From Planctomycetota bacterium (lineage in GTDB: Bacteria; Planctomycetota; UBA1135; UBA2386), in NCBI GenBank assembly GCA_965228735.1, contig OZ245838.1, positions 2,880,001-2,944,000 on the forward strand: a stretch of DNA of 64,000 nucleotides, in the 5' to 3' direction. The translations under genes and the position numbers were made by a program. Each line of letters starts with the position of its first letter. Position 1 is the stretch's first letter. Below the pieces are notes generated by a model. The model was not told where the DNA came from. It was given only the letters and a program-made list of their open reading frames with translations, and ran no database searches. Below are positions 37,534-49,501 of this stretch, piece after piece.

Positions 37534-38061
37534 TCACTCCCGCAGCGTCCAGACGCCGCGTTGGCCCGGGGTCTCCTCGACGCCGACGCTGAGGGAGCGG
37601 ACCGCGAGGTCGGGCCAGATGGGTCGCATGCGTTCGCGCAGCGTGCGGCCGAACCACGCCGCGAGGTTCTCCGCGCTCGAGTTGCTGATCGGCAGGACGA
37701 TGACCTCGTCGGTCGGGATGCGATACCAGCGCTCGCGGTAACGGATCTCCGTCGTGCCGTCGTCCATGGGTTCGGCGGTCAGGACCGGGTGCTCGCCCGG
37801 CAGCAGCAGGTGCTCGTCGAGCTCGTCGCAGAGCGCCCGCACGAGCGGCTTGATCTCCTTGAAGTTGACCACGAGGCCGTGCTCGTCGAGCTCGGTGTGC
37901 AGCTCGACGAACACCTTGTAGTTGTGCCCATGGAGCCGCTCCGCGGTGCCGTCGGGGAAGATCAGGAAGTGCGCCGCGCTGAACTTGAGGTAGTCCTTCT
38001 CGACGAGGATCGACCAGCTCTCGGTCGGGCGTCCGGACGGGCTGTCGCTGGGGCCTTTCAT
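37534..38061 (-). CDS. queD: 6-carboxytetrahydropterin/6-pyruvoyltetrahydropterin synthase family (QueD-like)
   Basis: FSAAHF, ERLHGHNY, LDEHLLLP, SSAENLA, VEETPGQ. Confidence 0.8.
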   Translation of the reverse strand: MKGPSDSPSGRPTESWSILVEKDYLKFSAAHFLIFPDGTAERLHGHNYKVFVELHTELDEHGLVVNFKEIKPLVRALCDELDEHLLLPGEHPVLTAEPMDDGTTEIRYRERWYRIPTDEVIVLPISNSSAENLAAWFGRTLRERMRPIWPDLAVRSLSVGVEETPGQRGVWTLRE

Positions 38062-38120
38062 GGTTGCGGGTCTTGCAGAGGATAGCGGGGGCCCGGCTGG
38101 AGCCGGTATATGGTGTCGGA

Positions 38121-38459
38121 ATGGACCTCTCGAACGTGCCGTGGCAGCAGACGCGCTACTCCGGGATGGCGATCCACTTCTACCGTTCGGGTCGAAAGGA
38201 CGGGGATCGCAGGTCGCAGCGGGTCGTCGCGTTGATCCGGATGGATCCGGGCTGCGGCTACCCGCGTCACAAGCACCAGGGCACCGAGGAGGTCCTGGTG
38301 CTCCGCGGCGCGTACGCCGACGAGTTCGGCGTCCACCGGGCCGGCGCGTTCGTCACCTACGACGACGGCACCACCCACACGCCCGTCGCCGTAGAGGACT
38401 CCGACGAGCCGTGCGTCCTGCTCACCGTGGCCCACGAGGGCATCCGGCTCGAGCGCTGA
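38121..38459 (+). CDS. ChrR-like cupin domain protein
   Basis: LIRMDPGCGYPRHKHQGTEEVLVLRG..AGAFVTY..GTTHTP. Confidence 0.85.
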   Translation: MDLSNVPWQQTRYSGMAIHFYRSGRKDGDRRSQRVVALIRMDPGCGYPRHKHQGTEEVLVLRGAYADEFGVHRAGAFVTYDDGTTHTPVAVEDSDEPCVLLTVAHEGIRLER

Positions 38460-38488
38460 CGGCGGGGCGGCCCAACGCGGCCCCGCCG
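38460..38488. terminator. GC-rich hairpin between convergent genes (possible terminator)
   Basis: cggcggggc...gccccgccg 9-bp stem; no U-tract. Confidence 0.35.
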
Positions 38489-38506
38489 GACATCGGCGGC
38501 CAGGGC

Positions 38507-40636
<2,130 letters not shown>

Positions 40637-40977
40637 TGGCGGAGGGCCTCGGATGAGGCGCGGAAAAAATGAAGACAGACCGTGAGCAGATCGTGAGCCC
40701 ACGGCCAAGAGCTTGAGTCGGAACCGCCGAAAACACCGGCAGTTTCCGCGACTTCGCTCGCCGGCAGCAGTGCACCGCGGCCGGTTTTGAAGGCGAAATA
40801 GCTTAGCGGCGCGCGCTCGGCGGTCAACAGGGGTCCGGCCCCACCGGTGCGATCCGGGGCCGGAACGCACGGCCCGACCCGGCGATGGCGCCGACCCGTC
40901 CGCCGCGCCGTCCAGTTCCCCGACAGTCGCGCCCGATGACCGCGGGAGATTTCGTCGCTCCAGGAGAACACGCCATC

Positions 40978-42954
40978 ATGACCGCTCCGCTGATTCGGGC
41001 CCGCGCCGGGCTGGCCGCACTCGCCGCCCTGGCCGTGGCGGCCTTCGGCCTCAGCTCGCCCGCCGCCGCCCAGAAGACGCCCGAGGAGGCGCTGCTGGCT
41101 CTTACCGAGGGCAACCGACGCTTCGCGTCCGGGCGCTCGGTACCGCAGCCCGTCGGCGAAGGGGTTCGACGCACCCTGGCCCGCGGCCAGAGCCCGTTCG
41201 CCGTCGTCGTCTGCTGCGCCGACAGCCGCGTGCCGCCGGAGCACGTCTTCAACTGCGGCCTCGGCGAGCTGTTCGTGATCCGCGTCGCAGCCCATACCTG
41301 CGACCGCGCGACGCTGGCCAGCATCGAGTACGCGGTCGAGCACCTCAACGCGCCGCTGTGCGTCGTGCTCGGCCACGAGAAGTGCGGCGCGGTCACGACC
41401 GCGATCCGCCAGCTGCTGCCGCCCGCCGAAGGCTCCGACCACGATGCGGGTCGGGCGCCCGCCAGCCCGGCGATCCGCCAGCTCGTCGAACAGCTCGAGA
41501 CCGCGGTGCGCAAGGCCACGAGTCGCGACCTCGGGGGCAAGGCGCTCCACGACGCCTGCGAGGAAGAGCACGTGCACCACACGGTGCAGCACGTTCTGCG
41601 CACGAGCCCGCTGCTGCGGCGCTACGTCAAGATCGGGCGACTGCAGGTCACGGGCGCGCGCTACCACCTGCAGAGCGGCCTCGTCGAGTGGCTGCCGTCG
41701 CGACCGCTGCCGAACGAGCACGACACGAACTACGATCCGGACCGTCACGCGGTGCCGGTCAGCACGCCGCCACACGTCGCGCTGCGCCTGCTGCAGGCCG
41801 GCCATCGGCGCTTCCTCGGCGACAGCCTGCCGACCGCGGACCTGTCGGCCGAACGGCGCGAGGCGCTCACCCACGGGGAGCAGCCGCTCGCGATCGTGCT
41901 GACGGACGCGGACTCGCGGATCAGCCCGGAGCACGTGTTCGACGCCGGACTCGGCGAACTCGTCGTCGTTCGGCTCGCGGGCTCGGTGGTCTCCGACAAC
42001 GTGCTCGCGACACTCGAGCTCGCGGCGACCCGTACCGGCGCATCGCTGCTGCTCGTGATGGGCAACACGCGCGACGAAGCGATGCAGCAGGCTGCCGCGC
42101 GCCCCGACAGCCAGGAACTGTCGCCACACCAGCGCGCGCTGCTGACCCAGCTCGAACCCGCGATCGAGGTCGCGCGCCGCCACCACGGCCCGAACAAGGA
42201 CCCGCGCGAGCTCGTGCCGCATGCGGTCGCCGGCAACGTGCTGCGCACGGTCGGGAACCTGCGCGCCCGCAGCAAGGTGCTGCGCGACCTCGAACGGCGC
42301 GGTCGCTTCGCGATCCTGCCGACGGTCTACGACGTCGGATCCGGTGACCTGGCGTGGCTCAAGAGCGACGGCACGATCGTCCCCGATCACGAGCCGCACG
42401 CCGCGCCGGGCGGCGAGACCGCCGTGCATGGCGAGCCCGCGGTGGAGGGCGGCCACGGCGACGGCGATGGCCACGGCGACGGCAATGGCGACGGCAATGG
42501 CCACGATCACGGTCACGGCCACGGCCATGACGCGGGGCACGGTCACGGCGACGATCACGGTCACGGCGGTCACGGCGACGATCACGGGCACGGCGACGGC
42601 GACGGCCACGATCCGGCGCCGGTGCTCGATTGGGGCGCCGCGATGCCGACCGCTTCGGACTTCGGCCACGGCGATTCGCACTCGGGGCACGCTGGCCACG
42701 GCAGCCCCGGCGATCACCCGGGCCACGGTGACGGTCACGACGGGTACGGTGGCCACGGCGACGGGCACGGGGACGAGCACGGGCACGGGCACGGCGACGA
42801 TCACGACCCGCACGCGGCGCACGAACCGCATGCCGCGCGCCACGGCGGCCACGGCGAGCGCGGCGAGTACGGCATCTTCCACCCGATCACGTTCGTCGGG
42901 TTCGGCGGCATCCTGTCGCTGCTGCTCGCCGCCGTGATCGCGATGAAGAAGTAG
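40978..42954 (+). CDS. Exported tandem beta-carbonic anhydrase (active + degenerate domain) with His/Gly/Asp-rich stalk and C-terminal TM anchor
   Basis: Signal peptide; domain 1 CADSRV..HEKCGAV; domain 2 DADSRI..NTRD; GH(GD)-rich region; C-terminal hydrophobic helix + MKK. Confidence 0.88.
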   Translation: MTAPLIRARAGLAALAALAVAAFGLSSPAAAQKTPEEALLALTEGNRRFASGRSVPQPVGEGVRRTLARGQSPFAVVVCCADSRVPPEHVFNCGLGELFVIRVAAHTCDRATLASIEYAVEHLNAPLCVVLGHEKCGAVTTAIRQLLPPAEGSDHDAGRAPASPAIRQLVEQLETAVRKATSRDLGGKALHDACEEEHVHHTVQHVLRTSPLLRRYVKIGRLQVTGARYHLQSGLVEWLPSRPLPNEHDTNYDPDRHAVPVSTPPHVALRLLQAGHRRFLGDSLPTADLSAERREALTHGEQPLAIVLTDADSRISPEHVFDAGLGELVVVRLAGSVVSDNVLATLELAATRTGASLLLVMGNTRDEAMQQAAARPDSQELSPHQRALLTQLEPAIEVARRHHGPNKDPRELVPHAVAGNVLRTVGNLRARSKVLRDLERRGRFAILPTVYDVGSGDLAWLKSDGTIVPDHEPHAAPGGETAVHGEPAVEGGHGDGDGHGDGNGDGNGHDHGHGHGHDAGHGHGDDHGHGGHGDDHGHGDGDGHDPAPVLDWGAAMPTASDFGHGDSHSGHAGHGSPGDHPGHGDGHDGYGGHGDGHGDEHGHGHGDDHDPHAAHEPHAARHGGHGERGEYGIFHPITFVGFGGILSLLLAAVIAMKK

Positions 42955-42975
42955 GAGCCGGCGCCGTCCCGGCGG

Positions 42976-44691
42976 TCAGCGCAGCCAGGCCGCGATCGCT
43001 GCCTGGCGGCGCGGGTCGTCGTGCCAGCGGAAGTAGACCTGCTCGAGCGCGCTGAACGTCGCCTGCACGATCGGTTTCTCGGCCTTCGGTCGCGTCGCCA
43101 ACCCGGCGATCAGATCGTCGATCATCGCGTCGAGATCGGTCGCCTGGACGTCCGGCGCGGCGATCAGCGGCGCCATGACTTCGCGGTCCCAGCGCACCAG
43201 GGTGAACGTGAACCCGCCGAGCTCGACCTTCATCCACGGGAACGGGCCGGTCCACGGCGGGTGGTCGAACAGCAGCAGGTGGACGCCCTGCGTCCGCAGC
43301 GCATACTCCGTGATCTCCGGGCTGCTGAACAAGCCGCGTTCGTGCCCGACGATGCCGCGCTCCGGGACCGGCTGCCGCGCGAGCCAGTGATCGGTGAGGC
43401 CCGCGACCGATTCGAGGGCGTAGCGCACCGAGGACTCGTAGACGAGCATCGCCTGGGTGCCCGAGAACGCGACGCGCAGATCGGTCTCGCCGCAGAGCTC
43501 GCCGAGACGACGACCGGCCGCGCGGATCCTGTCCGTGCGCTCGGTCGGGTACTGCGCGCGTTCGTCGGCCACGCCGTCGACGCTCTGCCCCATGACGTAG
43601 AGGTCGGGCCGCTGATGGAAGAGCAGCGTCGCGAGTCCGACGAGCAGCACGGCGACCCAGCCGGAGAGGCCGCGCAAGAAGCGCCGCGCCACGACCTCGA
43701 GTGCCAGGTACAGCAGCGGCGTGACGGGCAGACAGAAGCGCGCGAACATGAAGTCGCCGCCGACCCAGACGACGAACGCCAGATAACCGAGCACGATCGC
43801 GCCGAGGCGCAGCAGCCCGGGTCGACGCCGGGCGAACAGGAACGCGGCGGCCGCGACGAGACCCGGCAGCAGCACCCAGTAGGCCTCGAAGTAGAGCTGC
43901 AGGTAGTAGACGCCCTGCCCGAGGTAGGGCTCGTGCGCCGACTTCGCGTACGCGGTGTTGGGCAGCAGTTCGCCGTAGTAGAGGACGCGCCAGCCGAGGA
44001 ACGGCACGAACAGCAGGAAGCCCGGGACGCCGAACGCGAGCGCCGGCGCGAGCGACCGGCGGCGGATGCTCGCGAGCACGGCGAGCAGCCCCGCGAGCGC
44101 GCCGACGAGCGCGCCGTCCGGGCGGGTGACCGCCGCGAGGCAACACAGCAGACTGGCGACCGCGAACGGGCGATTGCCGTCCGCGCGGGCGAGGACGCCG
44201 ACGATCAGCGTCACGAGCAGCACGAAGCCGAGCGTCTCGAGCCCGCAGCTGCTGAAATCGCGCAGGTGCTGGTGCAGCGCGACGCCGACCGCGGCGAGCG
44301 GCAGGAAACGCGCGCCGGTGTCGCCGTCGTGGGCCCCCGCCTCGCCGCGCTCGCTGCGGCCCGCGAGCCGGTTGCCGGCCCACCACGTCGCGGGCACGAG
44401 CGCGCCGTAGCAGACGATGCCGAGTCCCTGGCCGAACGTCACGGGATCGAGGCCACAGCGCACCGCGAGGGCGCAGAGCCAGACCCAGAGCGGGTTGCTG
44501 TAGCCCTCGACGCGTTCGCCCGCGTTGTAGACGAGGCCGAGGCCGCCCGCGAAGTTCTCCGCGTAGCGGAAGGAGATGAACGCGTCGTCGCAGACCCACG
44601 CCCGGCTCCAGGCCCAGGCCATCGCGAGGACGCTGAGCGCCGCGAGCGTGACGACGCGGACCACTCGCGGACTCCCGGCCCCGCCGGTCAC
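42976..44691 (-). CDS. GT-C fold membrane glycosyltransferase (AftB-like), paralog 2
   Basis: CDDAFISFRYA, ERVEGYSNPLW, GLET, TRPDG, YYGELLPNTAYAK, GGDFMFARF, GLTD, GHE. Confidence 0.8.
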   Translation of the reverse strand: MTGGAGSPRVVRVVTLAALSVLAMAWAWSRAWVCDDAFISFRYAENFAGGLGLVYNAGERVEGYSNPLWVWLCALAVRCGLDPVTFGQGLGIVCYGALVPATWWAGNRLAGRSERGEAGAHDGDTGARFLPLAAVGVALHQHLRDFSSCGLETLGFVLLVTLIVGVLARADGNRPFAVASLLCCLAAVTRPDGALVGALAGLLAVLASIRRRSLAPALAFGVPGFLLFVPFLGWRVLYYGELLPNTAYAKSAHEPYLGQGVYYLQLYFEAYWVLLPGLVAAAAFLFARRRPGLLRLGAIVLGYLAFVVWVGGDFMFARFCLPVTPLLYLALEVVARRFLRGLSGWVAVLLVGLATLLFHQRPDLYVMGQSVDGVADERAQYPTERTDRIRAAGRRLGELCGETDLRVAFSGTQAMLVYESSVRYALESVAGLTDHWLARQPVPERGIVGHERGLFSSPEITEYALRTQGVHLLLFDHPPWTGPFPWMKVELGGFTFTLVRWDREVMAPLIAAPDVQATDLDAMIDDLIAGLATRPKAEKPIVQATFSALEQVYFRWHDDPRRQAAIAAWLR

Positions 44692-46424
44692 CGCAAGAAC
44701 TCCTCGAAGCGGGCCTGCCGCTCGGGGTCGTCGTTCTGATCGAAGTAGTAGCGCTTCAGCGCGGCGTAGTCCTTCCGGACCTGCTTGCGGTCCTTGCCTG
44801 CGAGCCCGGCGAGGTACTCGTCGAGCTTCTCGTCGATCGGCGTGAACACGACGACGTAGTCACGTTCGTGCAGCGCCTGCATCAGCGCGCGGTCGTAGCG
44901 CATGAGACGCGCCGGGATGAGCGTCGGCAGCCCCGGCACCTCGAACCAGACGTCGCGCCAGCCGTCCGTGAGATCCTTGACGCGGTAGTCCCTGTCGAAC
45001 GTGATCTGCACGCCGCGCTCTTCGATGATGTAGTCGAGCACCCGGCGGTAGCCCTTCTCGTGGCCCGGCACGCCGCGGGCCGCGACCTCCTGGTGCGCGA
45101 TCCGCGCGTCGGTGAGCCCCGTGGCGCACTCGATCGCGACCGGCACCTGCGCGCGATACGCGAGGTTGGCCTGGCTGCCGACGATCGCGATGCGCACGTC
45201 GAGCCCGTCGAACACGTCGTGCAGCCGCTCGCCCGTGAGCCGCATCGCCTCGCTCCAGGTCAGGTCATCGAGCCCGGACGGCGCCAGCGTGATCGCGCGG
45301 TTGTCGGAGAAGTGGAACGGGTTCGGGTGCTTGCCGAGCCACGGCGGCTCGACGCGCAGCAGCAGGCCGGCGACGAGTCCGGCGGCGAGCACGACCTGCG
45401 GCCAGCGCGGCAGCCATCGGTTGGCGCCGACGTCGAGCCCGAGCAGCAGCGCGGGCAGCACCGGCACGAGGAAACGGCCGAACATGAAGTCACCGCCCAC
45501 CCAGATCACGAACGCGACGTAGAGCCCGACGAACGCGACGATCGCGAGATGCGGTCGGCGGCCGAGCCACGGCGAGACCGACACCGCGAGGTCCGGCCGC
45601 CTGAGCGCGTAGACGAGCGGCAGCAGGGGCGTCGCGAGCAGCACCCAGTAGCACTTCACGAACTCCCAGACGTAGACCAGCCCCTGCGACGGATACGGGT
45701 CGCTCGCGGACTTGGCGTAGAACGTGTTGGGCACCCAGTAGCCGTAGTAGAGCCGCCGCCACAACAGGTACGGGACGAAGCAGACGAGGAACGGCAGCAC
45801 GTAGGCGAGCAGCAGCCGCGGCGCGCGCCGCTGCCACGCATCGAACAGCACGAAGCAGCCGGTGATCGCGACGAACAGCCCGCCGTCGGGCCGTGTCATC
45901 GCGAGCAGCACGCCGACGAACCCCGCGAGCCTCGCGGCGCGCGCACACCGCAACCGGATCGCGAACGTCAACAACGCGGTCACGAGCAGCGCGAACATCG
46001 CGGTCTCGAGCCCCGCCGGCGCGAGCGACGCCGCGTGGTGCAGCACCGCATAGCCGCACGCTGCGATCGGCACGACCGCGCGGCCCCCGCTCGCCCGCCA
46101 CGCGAGCACCGCGAGCAGCAGCACCGTGCCGGCATGGGCGACCGCCCCCCAGAACGACGCCCAGCTCCCGATCAGCTCGCCGCTGAACCCGACGGTCATG
46201 CCGACCGCGAGCCACATCGTCCACGCGAAGTTGGTGTAGCCCTCGACGGGCGCCTCGTTCGGGTCGCGGTTGAACACCAGTCCGTGCCCGTCGACGAGGT
46301 GCTCCGCGTACCGCATCGAGATGAACGCGTCGTCACACGTCCACCGCAGCGCCCACGCCTGCCCGAACGCGACCGTGACGCAGAGCGCGGTGAGGATCCA
46401 GAAGACGAGACGACTGCGCGGCAT
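44688..46424 (-). CDS. GT-C fold membrane glycosyltransferase (AftB-like), paralog 1
   Basis: CDDAFISMRYA, VEGYTNFAW, GLET, TRPDG, YYGYWVPNTFYAK, GGDFMFGRF, GLTD, GHEK. Confidence 0.8.
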   Translation of the reverse strand: MPRSRLVFWILTALCVTVAFGQAWALRWTCDDAFISMRYAEHLVDGHGLVFNRDPNEAPVEGYTNFAWTMWLAVGMTVGFSGELIGSWASFWGAVAHAGTVLLLAVLAWRASGGRAVVPIAACGYAVLHHAASLAPAGLETAMFALLVTALLTFAIRLRCARAARLAGFVGVLLAMTRPDGGLFVAITGCFVLFDAWQRRAPRLLLAYVLPFLVCFVPYLLWRRLYYGYWVPNTFYAKSASDPYPSQGLVYVWEFVKCYWVLLATPLLPLVYALRRPDLAVSVSPWLGRRPHLAIVAFVGLYVAFVIWVGGDFMFGRFLVPVLPALLLGLDVGANRWLPRWPQVVLAAGLVAGLLLRVEPPWLGKHPNPFHFSDNRAITLAPSGLDDLTWSEAMRLTGERLHDVFDGLDVRIAIVGSQANLAYRAQVPVAIECATGLTDARIAHQEVAARGVPGHEKGYRRVLDYIIEERGVQITFDRDYRVKDLTDGWRDVWFEVPGLPTLIPARLMRYDRALMQALHERDYVVVFTPIDEKLDEYLAGLAGKDRKQVRKDYAALKRYYFDQNDDPERQARFEEFLR

Positions 46425-46467
46425 GCGGGCTCTGCGGAACCTACCCTACCCAGCCTCGAGATGGCAC

Positions 46468-47040
46468 TCAGAGGCGGCCGAGCAGCCCCGCCGACGGCGG
46501 CAACGCGCGCGCCGTGAGCGAACCCGGGTCGATCGACCATTCGCCCGCGATCCGCAGCACGAGCGCCTCGTCGGGCCACCACTTCATCGGATCGTCGGAG
46601 CGGTCGCGCGGATCGTCGACGTAGCAGCCGAGCAGCTGCTCCGTATCCGTGATCTCGCCCTGCCACAGCACGTTGCCGTCGGTCTCCGTCCACGCGAATG
46701 CGCGCACGAGCTCGCCGTCGTGGGCCACCCCCCAGCCGTGGTGCTCGAGTCCGTCATGGGTGTGGAACCACGCGGCGCGACCGAACGTCCGGCTCAGGCG
46801 TTCGAGGAGGGCCGGCACGATGCGGGCGTAATCGCCGTCCCCGTAGAGGTCCGCGCCGACGGCCAGGACTACGCCCGCGACCGGCGGCGTGACGAACACA
46901 CCCTCGCTCGCCGCGGCCTCGAGACCGGCCTGCCAGTTGGCGGGCAGCACCGTGCGCAGACCGAGCTCGGTGGCGACGCGATCGGGATCGTCGGTCGCGA
47001 GCGCGAGCCACGTCGCGCGCCGCCCGAACGAGCGCGGCAC
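46468..47040 (-). CDS. Hypothetical protein; possibly the C-terminal part of a TM-anchored gene starting at 47217 and split by an in-frame TGA
   Basis: PDVPRSFGRRATWLALA..GVFVTPPVAG..HHGW..GELVRAF..PDEALVLRIAGEWSIDP; high GC3. Confidence 0.75.
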   Translation of the reverse strand: MPRSFGRRATWLALATDDPDRVATELGLRTVLPANWQAGLEAAASEGVFVTPPVAGVVLAVGADLYGDGDYARIVPALLERLSRTFGRAAWFHTHDGLEHHGWGVAHDGELVRAFAWTETDGNVLWQGEITDTEQLLGCYVDDPRDRSDDPMKWWPDEALVLRIAGEWSIDPGSLTARALPPSAGLLGRL

Positions 47041-47088
47041 GTCGGGTTCTGCCGCCGGCCGACCGGCCAGCGGACGTCCCGTCGAACT

Positions 47089-47217
47089 TCAGGTCGGCGT
47101 GGCGAGTTCGGCGCGGCGCGCGCGGATCATGCGGTCCATTCCCCGCAGGCCGAACCACAACAGACCGGCGAGCGCCGCGAGCGCGAGGAGGAGGAGGACG
47201 ATCTGCAGGACGATCAC
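47089..47217 (-). CDS. 42-aa single-TM peptide, in frame with the downstream ORF
   Basis: GTG 47217: MIVLQIVLLLLALAALAGLLWFGLRGMDRMIRARRAELATPT*; 47217-47040 = 177 nt, same frame. Confidence 0.55.
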   Translation of the reverse strand: MIVLQIVLLLLALAALAGLLWFGLRGMDRMIRARRAELATPT

Positions 47218-47292
47218 GGGCCGCGCGACGATAGCAAGTCGGCGGCCGCGCGAGCCAGAACAGAGGCCAGCCCGAGGTCAGTCAGCCGAAGG

Positions 47293-49053
47293 TCAGCGCC
47301 CGCTCTTGAAGTGCCGGCTGCCGACCCACTCCTTCCAGGCGTCCTCGAGCTTGGTCCAGTCCTCGTCCGTCATGTCGCGGAACGCGATGTCGACGCCCTT
47401 CTTCGTGTCGCCCTCGAGGATCGCGACCTTGCCGTAGATGTCGAGCGCCTCGCCCCACTGCTTCTCGAACCCGCGCTGCACGTTGCCGCGCCGGAAGAAG
47501 TCGATCATCGAGTACGCCTGCGCGTACCGATAGGCCGGACGGTTGGTGTAGAAGAGCTGCCGCGGCCAGCGCACGAGCTCCTTGAACGGGATGTAGTCGC
47601 CGACCCGGACCATGTTCTTGACGTCCTGGTAGCGCATGTCGGAGCCGACGTACTTCCAGCTCGAGCCGGTCCATTCGTGCGAGCCGAAGTAGTCGCCGTG
47701 GCCCTCGTCGAACCAGCGGTGCAGGCTCGCGTGCTTGGGGCTCGCCGGGTGGTGGAAGTAGAGGTCGGCGAACTGGTGCCAGCCCTCGTGGTAGGTGACG
47801 GTCTCGGTCGCGCCAGGCCCCATCATCGTGTCACCGCCGAGGAAGACGACGAGCTCCTTGCTGCCCGGCGAGTACCAGCCGACGACGCCGCCGCTCGTGC
47901 CGCCGTACTTGCAGAACTGGTCGTACGTCGCGCAGAGACGGAACACCGAGTACGGCACCTCGCCCTCGGCCTTCTCGGCCTTCGCGACCATCTCGGCGTC
48001 GGTCGGTTCGGCCTTCTCCGCGGCGCTCTTCGGGCCGGTGACCGGAACGTTGTCGAGCGCCGGCACCGTGCTGGCATCGGGCCACACGGCCTTGGTGCCC
48101 GACTCGTCCATCGGGAAGCTCTCGATGTAGAGCTTGCGCATCTTCTCGAGGCGGTCGCTGTAGAACTCGGCCTGCTTCTTGGCCTTGTTGCGGTCCTCGC
48201 GGCCCTTCGAGAAGTCCCAGGAGTAGAGCACGATGTAGTTGGGCATCGTGAAGTAGTCCCAGCCCTTCAGGCCCTCGATGTTCTTCTTGGCCTTGGCCAG
48301 CGCCTTCTTCTTGGCCGGCGTGTCCGCGAACTTGTCGCGCTTGCCCGCGTCATCTTCCTTCGCGATGTCCTCGGCATCGAGCTGCTTGCCGCTGCGGATC
48401 ATCTTGCGGATGGTCCCGGTCCACTTCGTCTTCGGCTTGCCGCCGGGTTTCTCGACCGGCATCTCGATCACGAGCGCGACCTCGCGATCGCCGAAGTCGT
48501 AGACCGCGGCCTCGCACCAGCACTCGCCGACCGGCCCCCACTTGTTGTCGATGCGCCAGACGTAGTGCTTGTAGTCGGCCTTGCCGTTGCGCCCGCGCTT
48601 GTCCTTGCCGTCCGTGTAGATCTCCATGACCTCGTCGGAGCTGTCGAGCCACTCCTTGAAGCTCTTGTGCGACTTCTTGCCGAAGCGCGCCATCGCCTCC
48701 GCGAGCTGCTTCTTCACCTCGGGCGGCGTGCCCTCGGGCAGGTCGACGTCGGGGCCGTCACCCTCCTTGCCGCCGGCACCTGCCTTCCTGAACTCGTAGA
48801 CGTCGGCCTGCCACGTCCACTGCGCCCGGATCATGTCGTTGCGGTCCTTCGACATGAGGCGCGCGCGATGATGAATGCCGTTCTCGCCGAGACGCATCGG
48901 CAGCCGTTCGAGCCGCCCCGGCGCGTCGATCTCGAGCCTGGCCTCGCGAATCTGCTCCGTGCGCCACTTCTGCGCCGGCATCGCCGTGGCCAGGGCCCCG
49001 GCCATTCCGGCAAGCAGGAACGTTGCAGTGAGTCGACGGCTCATTGGATGCAT
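47293..49053 (-). CDS. Secreted zincin-like metallopeptidase (DUF1570-like)
   Basis: Signal peptide; GVVGWYSP; TYHEGWHQF; WFDEGHGDYF; YAQAYSMIDF; AGGAG RBS. Confidence 0.8.
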   Translation of the reverse strand: MHPMSRRLTATFLLAGMAGALATAMPAQKWRTEQIREARLEIDAPGRLERLPMRLGENGIHHRARLMSKDRNDMIRAQWTWQADVYEFRKAGAGGKEGDGPDVDLPEGTPPEVKKQLAEAMARFGKKSHKSFKEWLDSSDEVMEIYTDGKDKRGRNGKADYKHYVWRIDNKWGPVGECWCEAAVYDFGDREVALVIEMPVEKPGGKPKTKWTGTIRKMIRSGKQLDAEDIAKEDDAGKRDKFADTPAKKKALAKAKKNIEGLKGWDYFTMPNYIVLYSWDFSKGREDRNKAKKQAEFYSDRLEKMRKLYIESFPMDESGTKAVWPDASTVPALDNVPVTGPKSAAEKAEPTDAEMVAKAEKAEGEVPYSVFRLCATYDQFCKYGGTSGGVVGWYSPGSKELVVFLGGDTMMGPGATETVTYHEGWHQFADLYFHHPASPKHASLHRWFDEGHGDYFGSHEWTGSSWKYVGSDMRYQDVKNMVRVGDYIPFKELVRWPRQLFYTNRPAYRYAQAYSMIDFFRRGNVQRGFEKQWGEALDIYGKVAILEGDTKKGVDIAFRDMTDEDWTKLEDAWKEWVGSRHFKSGR

Positions 49054-49501
49054 CACGGTTCGGTTCTCCTGTTCGGACTCTCGGGTCTTCCGGGTTTCCG
49101 GGTGTCTGAAGCTGCTGATCCTAGGCGAACGGGCCACGCAGTGCGTCCCCCCCACCGGTCGAGGACGCGTTACGGTCCCATCGGGGAAATTGCCCGCACG
49201 GCGGGTCGCACGGGACGTCGGCGGACGGGATCACCTCGCCCAACGCAGGATCCCCAACGCAGGATCCGCCGAACCGTTCCTGGCTCGCCATCGGTTTCTT
49301 GGTGCCCACCGCCGGTCCCATCCTGTCGGTCCCCGCGCCGGATTCGTCGACGCTGGGATTCCTCGACGCTGGGATTCCTCGACGCAGGTCGGATCACGAC
49401 GGGCGCTCGCCACGACTCCCCGATTCGGACCGCGGACATTCTCGTTACCACGAACCGCGCGGGTGGCCCGGCCCCTCGGGCCGGCCACCGATCCGCGACG
49501 T

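Noticed and set aside
47089..47091. Selenocysteine at the in-frame TGA
   Set aside because: Lies in a low-complexity linker, not a redox motif; no convincing SECIS seen
49054..49501. ncRNA or mobile element in the 450-bp gap upstream of the zincin gene
   Set aside because: Only short tandem duplications and weak stems; no strand-specific structure signature or terminal repeats
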